Shown: positions 51,598 through 62,631 of the stretch, one piece after another
Numbering within the stretch: position 1 is the stretch's first letter
Layout of the letters: each line of letters opens with the position of its first letter
From: Microcoleus sp.
GTDB lineage: Bacteria > Cyanobacteriota > Cyanobacteriia > Cyanobacteriales > Microcoleaceae
Direction of reading: 5' to 3'
Length of the DNA stretch: 64,000 nucleotides
Assembly: GCA_042408215.1 (NCBI GenBank)
Contig: JAYFMW010000020.1
Span: forward strand, 480,001 to 544,000
Notes under the pieces: model-generated
What the model saw: the letters and a program-made list of their open reading frames with translations, nothing else
Told to the model about the DNA's origin: nothing
The model's database searches: none
Program-made: the position numbers and the translations under genes

Positions 51598-52881
51598 ATG
51601 ACTGCTGCTTCTCACCTTGCCATCAAAAAACCTGAAGCTTCCGAATCCAAGCTAATTCAGCTAACAAGTCCTATTTTACATATCGGTTCAGAAGTCTCCC
51701 GGTTGAATCCTTTTGAATACGTCCAGACATCTAAAAGGGTTTATCTCCCCGATCGAGAAGCTTTAGCTAAAGCCTTAAACCAAAAAGGAAAGTTACAGGA
51801 GTATATTCGCCGAATTGAAGATCGAGAAGAAATTACCTCGCTGCTACAATATGCTTTTGGTGACGACTGGCAAACTGAGAAATTTGATAATGAACTCATT
51901 TTTCCTGAAATTGCCGTCAGTCATAAATGGACTGAAAATCCGGTGACAGATTTGCGTCCGATGATTCGCAACGGCATGGGACAATTGTATATTCCCGGCT
52001 CGTCAATTAAGGGGGCAATTAGAACTGCGATCGCCTACCACCTCCTCAAACATGAAAACAAATATCAACTCCCAGAATCGGCCAGCCTTAGTGTCATAGA
52101 AATCAAATTACGAGAAAAACTTGGTAGAGGCGAACTCGCAAATAAACAAAAACAAAAAAAATTAGATGATGAATTATTCATGGATAGTTTATTCACTGAT
52201 TTTGCTCTCTCCTATCAAGGCAAATCTGTCAAAAGCAAAACCGGGCCAAACACGGACTTCATGCGAGCCATTAAAGTCACCGATTCTCAGCCTTTACTAG
52301 TATTTAAAAAAGTCACTAAGCAAGGAAAAAATGTATTTTTTAACTTGCCTATAGTTGCTGAAGTCATTGTCTCCAGCCGCTTCCCAGATTATAAAGCCAA
52401 ATATCGCGCTTCCATTTATGCGGAAATGGTTCGCAACGTGCAGACTAAATTCACCCTCACTCTGGATACGGAAATGCTGCAATGGTTCACTCACAATGAA
52501 GGGATGCAAATACCGTTTAAAAATCTGGATGAACTGCTGAAAATTTGTCAAGAGTTCGCTCAAGAGCAATGGGATGCTGAACATGATTATTGGGAGGATA
52601 TCGAAAATAATCGCTCTCAAGATAAAGACTTAAATTTCAGCTATATCCGCGAATTATACGAGCCAACTGGATGCCCCTATAACTTAAGAGTTGGTTGGGC
52701 AAGCGGAATGTTGGGAACTACGGTTAGTTTATGTCTTGATGATAAATTGGTAGCCGAAATCCGCGATACTTGCGGAATCAAAGCACCGGGTTTTGAAGCA
52801 CCAAAATCGCGGCGGACTGTTGTAGCTGCTGATGGCAATATCAAATATGTACCTGGATGGGTAAAGTTTAAGCCATGCTAA
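51598..52881 (+). CDS. csm5: Csm5 RAMP
   Basis: LHIGS, YIPGSSIKGAIRTA, LRVGWASG, PGWV. Confidence 0.92.
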   Translation: MTAASHLAIKKPEASESKLIQLTSPILHIGSEVSRLNPFEYVQTSKRVYLPDREALAKALNQKGKLQEYIRRIEDREEITSLLQYAFGDDWQTEKFDNELIFPEIAVSHKWTENPVTDLRPMIRNGMGQLYIPGSSIKGAIRTAIAYHLLKHENKYQLPESASLSVIEIKLREKLGRGELANKQKQKKLDDELFMDSLFTDFALSYQGKSVKSKTGPNTDFMRAIKVTDSQPLLVFKKVTKQGKNVFFNLPIVAEVIVSSRFPDYKAKYRASIYAEMVRNVQTKFTLTLDTEMLQWFTHNEGMQIPFKNLDELLKICQEFAQEQWDAEHDYWEDIENNRSQDKDLNFSYIRELYEPTGCPYNLRVGWASGMLGTTVSLCLDDKLVAEIRDTCGIKAPGFEAPKSRRTVVAADGNIKYVPGWVKFKPC

Positions 52882-53639
52882 TTCGTTCTACCTGGACATT
52901 AACTGTATCCGAACCCGCTGTTTTTCCGCGCGCTTACCATTTAGAATTGGTGAAAGAGTTGCATCGGCGATTAGAATTAGAAGTAGGAACTGAGACTGTA
53001 CCTTCTGTAAGTTTTTCAGGAATTCAGGGTTTTTACCAAGTTTCCCAAGATTTTCTTTCGTTTACACCAGATGAGTTTTATACCTTGTCTTTGTCTGGCT
53101 TGCAGGAGAATGCTGCAAAAGCGATCGCCTCCCTAAATCTCTCACCATCTCTCGAATTTCTCGGTGCTAAATTTGATATAATTAATCGAGAAGATGAAAT
53201 CACCAGCTACGAACAACTTTACACGGAACTTGTAGCCAATGAACCAGAACCAGTCCGCCGCTTCGATCTTAAATTTACTACTCCGACTGCTTTCGCCCAA
53301 GGTTCCACGCACTTAGCTTTACCCGTTGTAAATCTCATGTTTCGCAGTTGGTTAGAACGGTGGAATCACTTTGCCCCTGTTTATTTGGGGAGTGATGAAT
53401 TAATCGCTTATTTGAATCAATCTGTTTTATTAAAATACCACAAGATTCAAACGCGATCGCACCAATTACCTAAAGGATATGTAAACGGGTTTGTTGGCCA
53501 AGTAACGCTGCAAATTCCTTACCGCACTGATTCCTTGCTGGCTAATGTAGCGAATTTACTGATTCAATACAGTCAGTATTCAGGTACGGGAATTAAAACC
53601 CGTCTTGGAATGGGTCAAACAATTGTCAAACTAGATTAA
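52875..53639 (+). CDS. cas6: Cas6 endoribonuclease
   Basis: FTTPTAF, C-terminal G-rich loop SGTGIKTRLGMGQ. Confidence 0.93.
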   Translation: MLIRSTWTLTVSEPAVFPRAYHLELVKELHRRLELEVGTETVPSVSFSGIQGFYQVSQDFLSFTPDEFYTLSLSGLQENAAKAIASLNLSPSLEFLGAKFDIINREDEITSYEQLYTELVANEPEPVRRFDLKFTTPTAFAQGSTHLALPVVNLMFRSWLERWNHFAPVYLGSDELIAYLNQSVLLKYHKIQTRSHQLPKGYVNGFVGQVTLQIPYRTDSLLANVANLLIQYSQYSGTGIKTRLGMGQTIVKLD

Positions 53640-53650
53640 GGAGATTACCA

Positions 53651-54904
53651 ATGAGTCAAATAAAAATCATTACATTTTTAGGTAAATATCCAAGAGAAAC
53701 TATTTACAGCCATAGCGATCGCACCTACAAGGGTCAACTATTTGCTGAAGCACTGCACCAGTTTTGTGAATATGACACTATGTTAGTGTGCGTCACAGAA
53801 GAAGCAAAAGCAACTACTTGGCCTCTATTAGAAGCACTAGGAGATGCGCGGATCAAGCCGATTGATATCCCAACTGGTAGAACTACGGAGGAAATGTGGG
53901 AAACTTTTAAAATCATCACTCAATATGTTGATGAAGACGATCGCGTAATTTTTGATATTACTCACGGACTGCGATCGCTCCCTTTTCTCGTCTTCTTATT
54001 CGCTGCTTACCTCAAAGCGGCCAAAAACGTAACAATTGCAGCTATTTACTATGGTGCTCCTGAGTTAAGCGACAGCAAAAATAACGTACCAGCGCCTGTC
54101 ATTGACCTATCTGAATTTGTGTCAATGATTGATTGGATTACAGCCACTAATCAATTTGTCAAAATAGGAGACGGACGAGAACTAGCTAAGTTACTTAAAA
54201 GTGCTATACCATCAAATTTTGAACTAAGCGAAATTCCATCTAGCAGACAAATTAGAGACAATCTTAAGAACTCGGTTGAAGCAATTGAGAATATCTCTCT
54301 AGCTTTAAGTGTAACTAGACCTATTGAGACGATGCAATCGGCTACTAAGTTAGAAGAAATTCTCCAAAAAGCTGCACAAAATTTTGCAGATCGAGCTAAA
54401 CCGTTTTCACTTTTATCAGACAAGGTTGTTCAAGAGTACGGACAATTTGCTCTCCAAAATCCTACAGATGAAGCAGCATTGAGCCAGAATTTGCGGCTAC
54501 AATTGCAGATGATTAAATGGTACATTGACCGAGATCAATTAGTACAAGCAATTACTTTGGCTCGTGAATGGTTAGTTTCTATCTTAGCGCTGCGATTTGG
54601 TGAACCCATGTTCGATCATTCAAGAGGTCGCAAGTATGTAGAAGCTGCTCTAAATAATGCAGTTGAACAGAATAGACCTCATCCTCGCCCTCCTCTTGAT
54701 AGCCGTTGCAATGCAAAGTTTGCAGCTTTGCCAGAAGCAGATGAACTTGCTAGTGTCTGGAGTCTAATGGCAGAGTTGCGTAATGATATTGCTCATTGTG
54801 GCATGAATAATCAACCTCAAACTGCTCGCAGGCTTAAGGAAAAAGTTTTATCACTATCTCTTAAATTAGAGACAATTAGCAAGGAACTATTGCCAGATAA
54901 ATAG
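53651..54904 (+). CDS. csx1: CARF (DxTHG) + HEPN ribonuclease, Csx1/TM1812-like
   Basis: DITHGLRSLP motif; HEPN RxxxxH motif RNDIAH. Confidence 0.85.
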   Translation: MSQIKIITFLGKYPRETIYSHSDRTYKGQLFAEALHQFCEYDTMLVCVTEEAKATTWPLLEALGDARIKPIDIPTGRTTEEMWETFKIITQYVDEDDRVIFDITHGLRSLPFLVFLFAAYLKAAKNVTIAAIYYGAPELSDSKNNVPAPVIDLSEFVSMIDWITATNQFVKIGDGRELAKLLKSAIPSNFELSEIPSSRQIRDNLKNSVEAIENISLALSVTRPIETMQSATKLEEILQKAAQNFADRAKPFSLLSDKVVQEYGQFALQNPTDEAALSQNLRLQLQMIKWYIDRDQLVQAITLAREWLVSILALRFGEPMFDHSRGRKYVEAALNNAVEQNRPHPRPPLDSRCNAKFAALPEADELASVWSLMAELRNDIAHCGMNNQPQTARRLKEKVLSLSLKLETISKELLPDK

Positions 54905-55018
54905 ACGGGATAATAAATTTTTGTCAAAGGCGATCGCTCTTTTTACTAAAACCGATAGCCCTTGACCCATGCTCAAATCATCTCAATACAATACACCACC
55001 TAAATTTCGGAGGTTATT

Positions 55019-55645
55019 ATGCCTTTCAGCACTTACAAAACAGTCGGTTCAGTCCTCAAAGAATTTAAAATCACCTACACCGAATCTGATTTTATAGTAG
55101 AAACAAAGTTTAATATCTCTGACTATTTTCGAGAAGATTTGGAATTTACAATGCGAGAAGGAGTGGTTGATAATTCTGAATTTGCAATTTGTGAAAATTT
55201 GATTTATCCAGTGATCGAAGAAGTTTGGAAGCGCTATTACAGGGGGTTTGTTTTGTGGAGCCATCAATCTCTCACCTATGACCAATATCTTTCTGGGTTT
55301 CCTGAATATATTTTGGCGAAACGTTCTGTATTAGGAAAAGTTGTTTTTGAACAACCTTACTTTCTGTTAGTTGAAGCGAAACAAGATAACTTTTAAAATG
55401 GATGGGCGCAGTGTTTGGCTGAAATGATTGCCGCACAGCGACTGAATGAAAACTCAGAGCAAGATGTATTTGGAATTGTATCGAATGGTGGAGTATGGCA
55501 GTTTGGCAAGCTGAAGTTAAATATTTTTACTAAAAACAAACAGTCTTACTTGATTGATGATCTGAATCGACTATTTGCTGCGATTAATTACGTGTTTCAA
55601 CAGTGCGAATTGCTGCTGGATGCTGAAATGCGCGATCGCAATTAA
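55019..55645 (+). pseudogene. PD-(D/E)xK-like hypothetical protein with an in-frame TAA at 55394
   Basis: VEAKQDNF*NGWAQCLAEMIAAQ...FGIVSNGGVWQFGKL reads in one frame. Confidence 0.75.
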
Positions 55646-55734
55646 ACAGTCCGCGCAGGCGGACTTTCTTGGTGTAGCGACAGGTTGAAACCTGTCGAAA
55701 CTGTTTGTCCGCCTACTTAATGACTAACTATCAA

Positions 55735-57348
55735 TCACTCCCACTCGATCGTTCCCGGCGGCTTAGAAGTAATATCGTAAACCACCCGGTTCACCCCTTT
55801 AACCTCATTCACAATCCGGTTCGAGATCAGTTCCAACAAATCGTAAGGAACCCGCGCCCAGTCAGCCGTCATCCCATCCTCACTCTTAATAAACCGCAAG
55901 ACGATCGGGTAAGCGTAGGTGCGCTGATCGCCCATCACACCTACACTGCGAATCGGTAGCAACACAGCAAAAGCTTGCCAAAGTTCGTTATACAATCCAT
56001 GCCGATTAATTTCTTGGCGAACCACAAAATCAGCATCCCGCAAAATATTTAATCTCTCTGCGGTAACTTCTCCTATAATCCGAATCGCCAATCCCGGCCC
56101 TGGGAAAGGTTGTCGGTTCACGATTTCTTCCGGTAGCCCGATCGACCGGCCGACTTTTCGCACTTCATCCTTAAACAGTTTTCGCAGCGGTTCAATCAGC
56201 TTAAATCGCAAATCTTTCGGCAAACCGCCGACGTTGTGGTGGCTTTTAATTTTAACAGCAACTCGATCGCCACTTTTCGGGTCTGCATTAGTGTCAGCCG
56301 ACTCAATCACATCAGGATAAAGAGTCCCTTGGGCGAGGTAGTCGAAGGGGCCGAGACGCTTCGATTCTTCTTCAAATACGTTGATAAATTCGTGACCAAT
56401 CCGCTTGCGTTTTACTTCTGGATCGGTAATCCCTTCAATTTGAGCTAAAAAGCGTTCGCGAGCATTAACATATTCAACGTCAATGTGGAATTCCTCTTTA
56501 AATAACTTCACCAACCGTTCCGGTTCGTGCTTACGCATAAACCCTTGGTCGATAAACATACAGGTAAGTTTGTCGCCGATCGCCTGGTGCAGCAAAAAAG
56601 CCAAAGTTGAAGAATCTACGCCACCGGATAGAGCCAGCAAAACTCGTTTTTCTCCGACTTGCGCTCGAATTTCGCGAATAGATTCCTCCACAAAAGTAGC
56701 TGTAGTCCAATTCGGTTCGCACTCGCAAATATGGTAAACAAAATTGCGAATTAAAGCTATTCCCCCCATCGAGTGAACTACTTCTGGATGGAACTGAACC
56801 CCGTAAAGCTTTTTCTCGTGGTCAGCAATTGCCGCACAGGGAGTATTTTCAGTATGACCGAGGATTTCAAAACCTAGTGGCAACTGGGTACAGGAATCGC
56901 CGTGGCTCATCCACATCGTGCTGCCCTCTTCGACATTTGTCAGCAAATCCGTAGGGTCATCAATAGATAGTGATGCCTTGCCGTATTCCGCTAATTTAGC
57001 TCGCTCAACAGTGCCTCCGAGCTGCTTTACCATCAACTGCATCCCGTAACACACTCCCAACACAGGTATTCCCAAATTCCAAATTTCTGGGTCGCATTGG
57101 GGAGCTTTTTCATCGTATACAGAACTCGGCCCACCTGAAAGAATAATTCCTTGAGGATTGATTGCTGCTAACTGTTCAGCAGTAGTGCGGTAGGAAATAA
57201 CTTCTGAATATACTTGAGTTTCGCGAATGCGGCGAGCAATCAATTCGGAATACTGGGAACCGAAGTCGAGAATCACGATCATCTGGCGATCGCTCTGCCC
57301 CTGTTCCGAGTTTGTTAGACCTGATTTATTTTCTATTTGAGTAGTCAC
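55735..57348 (-). CDS. guaA: GMP synthase (glutamine-hydrolysing)
   Basis: [35 protein letters not shown]. Confidence 0.98.
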   Translation of the reverse strand: MTTQIENKSGLTNSEQGQSDRQMIVILDFGSQYSELIARRIRETQVYSEVISYRTTAEQLAAINPQGIILSGGPSSVYDEKAPQCDPEIWNLGIPVLGVCYGMQLMVKQLGGTVERAKLAEYGKASLSIDDPTDLLTNVEEGSTMWMSHGDSCTQLPLGFEILGHTENTPCAAIADHEKKLYGVQFHPEVVHSMGGIALIRNFVYHICECEPNWTTATFVEESIREIRAQVGEKRVLLALSGGVDSSTLAFLLHQAIGDKLTCMFIDQGFMRKHEPERLVKLFKEEFHIDVEYVNARERFLAQIEGITDPEVKRKRIGHEFINVFEEESKRLGPFDYLAQGTLYPDVIESADTNADPKSGDRVAVKIKSHHNVGGLPKDLRFKLIEPLRKLFKDEVRKVGRSIGLPEEIVNRQPFPGPGLAIRIIGEVTAERLNILRDADFVVRQEINRHGLYNELWQAFAVLLPIRSVGVMGDQRTYAYPIVLRFIKSEDGMTADWARVPYDLLELISNRIVNEVKGVNRVVYDITSKPPGTIEWE

Positions 57349-57814
57349 GGTTAGTGCTTAATTGGTAGTTGCGTGCTTGGTAATTCTTGCGGTCAAATGC
57401 AAGACTTTATGAGCGAGGGATTAGTGATTAGATTTTGGTTTTTTTGGGGATTTACCCAGCTCAAACTGTGGGTTTGGGGATTTGAGATTTGAGATTTTAG
57501 ACTTATTCCACTGATGAATCCAGGGACTTATGCCGAATAATCTTGGCATCGACCATCCCAAATCCCAAATCCCAAACCAGTGATTAGTTCCTAGCAATAA
57601 ACCTTACTAATATCAAGTTGCCATTTATGACGTTACCCGCTCTTCTAGCGTCGAGGGCAAGCGCGGATTCACTTCTACCCTTACTCTAATTAATTCAGCT
57701 ATTTCGTCAAAAAGCAACTTAGTATAATTAAGGTTGAAAAACTAAGAGTTACTACTGATTATCTATTAACCATGATACTTCCTTTAAAGAGAATTCAGGG
57801 ATATCCACACTACA

Positions 57815-58960
57815 TTAACAAATTTGGGTGAGAAATGTATCACCCATTTCACTTTTAACAATAATTTTGCGATCGCGCCCGAACATCACCGAGCCGACGG
57901 GGACGCGCAGCCCGGTGTGAGCGAAAATACAATCGGACGATCGCAAATCTATCTGTTGGGCGATGTCGCCGTAAACTCGATCGACCCAATTGCTGCCAGT
58001 GGAGCCGTCTAAAGCCCGCAGTTGCTGGAGAGCGTCTTCGGCCGTCGCTGCGGCAAAAATCGAGGAACACACATCAGCGGGCATTTGGGCTCGCGCACAG
58101 TAAGCTGTCAAAATTTCCCGACGCCCGTCAGCGAGGTGGTGATGAGTGTGAAAAATCCCCGCAGCCAATTTCATCAGTTTGCCATGATAGCCAAACAGCA
58201 AAATTGACTGCACGCCTTGATATCCAGCCTCTACGAGCAGCGGGCCGAGCCAGTTAGCTGTTTTGACCAGCCGATCGGGATTAATCCCCAGTTGTCGGGC
58301 CAAATCCAAGCCGTTTTCGCCGATGCAGAAAACCAAACAGTCAAACAGTTCAGCTTTTTGTTGCAGTTGTTCGCGGTAAGCTTCCAACTGTCCCGGGGCG
58401 CTCAGAGGTTGAGAAATGCCTGTTGTCCCCAGCAGCGACAGTCCTTCTACGACACCGAAAGCTTCGTTAGAAGTACGGGCGGCCAGTTGGCGACCTGATG
58501 GGAGAATCAGGGTGACAGTAATTTTTTCTCCCTTTTCGAGTTCTCGGCTCAGATTCACACGCAACAGCCGAGTCGCGTAATCATAGATAGCCGCTCCTCC
58601 ACCTTCGGAGTGATGTCCAATTCCCTCGCCCCCAACAATCAGTAACTTGTTGTTGTTTTTCCCCAAAGTTTCTCCCTCTCCCACTCTCGACAATTCCACC
58701 ATTGCCCAAACTGGGGTATTGCGAGTCAGATCTAGGTTATCCCCCGGATCGGAGCGAGTCACAGCTAAGGCTGTGTCAGTTTTTAGTACAGATACTTGCT
58801 CGATCGGAATTTCTGCGGTGATTGCTGGTTCAAGTAAATCTACTGAGACGCTATCTACGGACTGCATACCTCTACGCAAGCACCGCAGGGCTCCTAGTGC
58901 AGCAGCACAGGCAAATACTGGCAGTGTATACCCGGATCGAGGTTGATTTTTTGTGTTCAT
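57815..58960 (-). CDS. cbiD: Cobalt-precorrin-5B C1-methyltransferase
   Basis: RSGYTLPVFA, SDPGDNLDLT, RTSNEAFGVVEGLSLLGTTG, GIFHTH. Confidence 0.95.
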   Translation of the reverse strand: MNTKNQPRSGYTLPVFACAAALGALRCLRRGMQSVDSVSVDLLEPAITAEIPIEQVSVLKTDTALAVTRSDPGDNLDLTRNTPVWAMVELSRVGEGETLGKNNNKLLIVGGEGIGHHSEGGGAAIYDYATRLLRVNLSRELEKGEKITVTLILPSGRQLAARTSNEAFGVVEGLSLLGTTGISQPLSAPGQLEAYREQLQQKAELFDCLVFCIGENGLDLARQLGINPDRLVKTANWLGPLLVEAGYQGVQSILLFGYHGKLMKLAAGIFHTHHHLADGRREILTAYCARAQMPADVCSSIFAAATAEDALQQLRALDGSTGSNWVDRVYGDIAQQIDLRSSDCIFAHTGLRVPVGSVMFGRDRKIIVKSEMGDTFLTQIC

Positions 58961-59379
58961 AGAATGCAGACGTCCGTAAATTTGCTGGCGATCGACATCA
59001 CGCCGTAGCAGTGACAGTTCTCAGTATGTTATCAAAGAGTTTAAGCCCAATTCTAGGGTTTGATATTATTAGCAGTTAGTGTGCTTTTTGTCAACTGATA
59101 ATTCTGTCCTCACAGTTGCGATCGCGCGAAATTTGTTTTGGCCCTTGGGGCGACTTGTTTGAGGGCGAATTAGAGCAATTTTTGTATAAATGCTGCGATC
59201 GCTTCTTTGTTAAGCCAGACAAGCTACTTTTTTTATAATCAATAAACTTAGATATTCCAAACGGTCGATGCTAAGGGCGATCGCTTCACTTATACTAATC
59301 AAAATTACCCGGACGCGCCAGTCCTACTTTCAAGCTAACCCCTTGAAGGTGGGACTGGTTTTATCTGGCAATACTGGGG

Positions 59380-59510
59380 ATTGTTTGTGCTCTCCGCTGG
59401 TTTGCGGTTGATTGCGATTCTGCCTTTAGTTTTGGTGCGAGAACCTCGTAGTCTATCATTGCGCGAGTTTTTGTCAGCCTTTCTACTGTTCCAATTTAAC
59501 CGGGGCTAGG
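59380..59510 (+). pseudogene. Possible C-terminal remnant of an MFS transporter
   Basis: Manual reading GLFVLSAGLRLIAILPLVLVREPRSLS; no upstream body. Confidence 0.4.
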
Positions 59511-59702
59511 AAATCTTTGCACAAATTTGCCGATCGAGAAACCAGAAAAAGCCACAGATTGTTAAAAAATTCAAGAACAAAGATTTTATCCAAACTTAAT
59601 TCAAAGTGAAGACTGCATCAAGATAATGACAATAAATACCTCAACAGCCTTGGCAGTCCCTATAAATGTAGCCAGTTTCACCTAGTTTTCCTAAGTTTAT
59701 CT

Positions 59703-60224
59703 TTAATCATTTGCTATTTCATCCTCACCTTGACTTTTCACCTCTGAAGGAAACGATAACTTAATATTAATATCTATAGAAATTGTTGCATTATTATTTT
59801 CATTAAAAAAATGTATATCAGTTATATGTATCTTAGCGTCTTTTGGTAAAGACCTACCGACAGTAGAATCACCAGATAAATCTACTTTATAACCAGCTTT
59901 ATCCAACCATTGATGAACATTGCGCCAATTACCAACATCATCACTAGGAGTTTCAGGAATACCCTTAAAATATTGATAGAGAGTTTTGCACATATAAACC
60001 TCAGCCCCCCTAGCACTTTTCGACAATTGACGCGCAATATCACTAGGGCTGCAATTGCACAAAAGACCACGCAAATATAATTTTTCTGTATCAGTGAGAC
60101 CTTGGCGGGCGTTGGGGAAAATACGACGTTTAGCTTCGGTAAATAGTTCATAGATGCGATTCAAGTCCCAAGTTTGGGCAGCTTCGGCAAATAGATCCTT
60201 TCTAGTAGGTTTTCGTGTAACCAT
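59703..60224 (-). CDS. Helix-turn-helix protein, probable regulator
   Basis: LTDTEKLYLRGLLCNCSPSDIARQL...LYQYF...NWR resembles the cyanobacterial N-terminal HTH found on NACHT/vWA-MoxR-associated proteins. Confidence 0.65.
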   Translation of the reverse strand: MVTRKPTRKDLFAEAAQTWDLNRIYELFTEAKRRIFPNARQGLTDTEKLYLRGLLCNCSPSDIARQLSKSARGAEVYMCKTLYQYFKGIPETPSDDVGNWRNVHQWLDKAGYKVDLSGDSTVGRSLPKDAKIHITDIHFFNENNNATISIDINIKLSFPSEVKSQGEDEIAND

Positions 60225-60481
60225 TTTTAGTATTGGTATAAATTGCTAACGTAATGGTAGCATAAATTGATAACGTTCAATAGTTGCGGATTATTTTTTT
60301 TTGTTTTAAGGTAGATATCACATGGGTCTTTCATGCTTCTGGTCATATTTTTTTGTGACAGTTTCTAGTCCTTTGGGAAAAGGCTAATGTAATGATAGCG
60401 TAATTTGGTAGTCTTTGTTAGCTTTAAGTTCGTTATCAACAAAACAATCCTAGCTTATCCAACAGTTGAATCATAAAAAGT

Positions 60482-61069
60482 ATGCGAATTATATTTTTAG
60501 GCCCGAATGGCGCAGGCAAAGGCACTCAAGCTGCTATTGTGGCTCAGGACTTCGGGATTCATCACATCTCAACGGGCGAACTACTGCGCCAGGAGCGAAA
60601 AGACAAAACTGACAGAGGCCAAAAAGCACAATCTTATATAGATAAAGGGTCATTAGTCCCTGATAGCATTGTGCTAGATATTGTAAAAGAACAATTGACT
60701 AAAAAAGAAGCAACACCAGGTTGGATATTAGACGGATTTCCTCGGAACGTCGCTCAAGTTGGAGCTTTAGACAAATTATTAAAGGATTTAGGTCAGCCAA
60801 GTTGTGATTGTGTTATCAATTTTGATGTACCAGACTCAGTTTTAGTTCAGCGACTGAGAAAGAGGGCCATCAAGGAAAATCGTACAGATGATACTCCAGA
60901 AGTTATTCGGCGGCGCATCCAAATTTTTCAGGAAGAAACTGCACCTTTAATCAACTTATATAGTGAGTGGTTGTTGCTAGAAACCATCAACGGGTTTATG
61001 TCTAAAGAGGCAGTTACATCAGCAATTAAAGAAGTTTTATCAGAAATAAAAAATCCCACTAAGTCCTAA
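60482..61069 (+). CDS. adk: Adenylate kinase, short-LID type
   Basis: GPNGAGKGTQA, HISTGELLR, LDGFPRN, RTDD. Confidence 0.92.
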   Translation: MRIIFLGPNGAGKGTQAAIVAQDFGIHHISTGELLRQERKDKTDRGQKAQSYIDKGSLVPDSIVLDIVKEQLTKKEATPGWILDGFPRNVAQVGALDKLLKDLGQPSCDCVINFDVPDSVLVQRLRKRAIKENRTDDTPEVIRRRIQIFQEETAPLINLYSEWLLLETINGFMSKEAVTSAIKEVLSEIKNPTKS

Positions 61070-61190
61070 TTTAGTCCTGGACGCATACCTAACGTAATTC
61101 TGTCATTGTTCGCTGTGCGTCGCAATCTCAAACCCATGTTTTTCGTACTGCGTAAGTCCTTTAATTGATAAATCAAGGAGTAGACAAGTT

Positions 61191-62618
61191 ATGCCTTTTA
61201 ATCAAGGTGATAGAAATATCATTCGCGGTGGCCCAGGAAGTAGCAGTGAGCTTAATTATGATATTTACGCTGAATTACTTTGTAATATGGCGATCGAGGC
61301 TACACAACCACTTCTGAGACAAAATAAAGATCATAAAGAAGGCGCTTTTACCATTGGTATTTTTGGTTCTTGGGGGAGCGGCAAAACCAGCCTCATGGCA
61401 CGAATGAGAAGTGACTTTGAAGAATTAGGAACTCGTTCTGCAAAAAAATATAAAACGGTTTGGTTTAATGCTTGGAAAGATGACGATAAACTGGACATTA
61501 AAAATGCTCTTATTCAGACTATTCTTAGTCAAATATGTGAAGACACAAGTATTAATGCAGAAGAGCGAAAAAATATTACAAAAGCGGCTTTAACCTATTC
61601 AGCTTGTGCTTTGAAATTAGCTGGTGTTTTAGCAAAAGGATATGTTAATGCTCAAACAGCAGGGATGATTGATATACAAGCCATAGCTAAACAATTTGAA
61701 ATGTTGTCTAATCCCGATCAAAACTCTCATCTCATTAATCCTTATCAATTTATCAACAACTTTGAAAATGTCTTTAAAAATGCAGTGCAAAGTTATGTGG
61801 GTAACGATGGTCGATTGATGATATTTATTGATGATTTGGATCGTTGCTTACCAGAAAATGCTTTATCTGTCCTAGAATGCTTGAAATTACATTTAGATCA
61901 GTCTAACTGTATTTTTGTCATTGGAATTGATAAAAGAATTATTGAGCAAGCGGTGGGACAAAGATACCCGAAAGAGCTTGGTATTACTGGTAGGGAATAT
62001 ATAGAAAAAATCATTAACCTGAACTTTTTTCTATCTGATAAAGATCGAGAAGAAGTTAAAAATAGACTGCTTCAAGGTTCTTTAACAGCCCAGTATAGTA
62101 ATGATGAAAAAATATGGGGGATGATTTCTAAAGCGACTAATTCAAATATCCGTAAAATGCAGCAATTTATTACGGCTTTTTATATGATTCAAGAAATTGT
62201 TAAAAAACACAACTCTACGCTTGCTGATAAGCTCACACAACGACAACTAACAAGCGATAGTCGAAGCATAATTGAAAAGAAGAAAATAGACTGGAATACT
62301 GATGACAAGTATAAATTTTGCAAAATAATTTTACTCCAGTTAAATTTTCCTGAGTTTTACGATCGTTTAGCTAACAATCATCAACTTATGGATCAAATAT
62401 ACACTGCTTGGCAAAATGAAGGTGGAACAGATGATAGCATAGATATTGGCATAGATAATTTAATCAAGTCTACGAACAAACATCCAATATTTGCACAATT
62501 CTTAGAAAATCGAAATTTAATAGACTTTATAGTTACTTACTACAAGGATGGTAAAATCACAAATAGTGATGACTGGAAAGCGATTCAAAAATTATCTCAA
62601 TCAGTAACTTATATGTAA
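61191..62618 (+). CDS. KAP family P-loop NTPase
   Basis: IGIFGSWGSGKTS, WFNAW, IFIDDLDRC, YIEKII, NIRKMQQF. Confidence 0.92.
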   Translation: MPFNQGDRNIIRGGPGSSSELNYDIYAELLCNMAIEATQPLLRQNKDHKEGAFTIGIFGSWGSGKTSLMARMRSDFEELGTRSAKKYKTVWFNAWKDDDKLDIKNALIQTILSQICEDTSINAEERKNITKAALTYSACALKLAGVLAKGYVNAQTAGMIDIQAIAKQFEMLSNPDQNSHLINPYQFINNFENVFKNAVQSYVGNDGRLMIFIDDLDRCLPENALSVLECLKLHLDQSNCIFVIGIDKRIIEQAVGQRYPKELGITGREYIEKIINLNFFLSDKDREEVKNRLLQGSLTAQYSNDEKIWGMISKATNSNIRKMQQFITAFYMIQEIVKKHNSTLADKLTQRQLTSDSRSIIEKKKIDWNTDDKYKFCKIILLQLNFPEFYDRLANNHQLMDQIYTAWQNEGGTDDSIDIGIDNLIKSTNKHPIFAQFLENRNLIDFIVTYYKDGKITNSDDWKAIQKLSQSVTYM

Positions 62619-62631
62619 TCGTTGAAAAATC

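Noticed and set aside
57620..57680. Possible purine-related riboswitch upstream of guaA
   Set aside because: Only a weak hairpin; no match to purine, ZTP or ykkC-type consensus by eye
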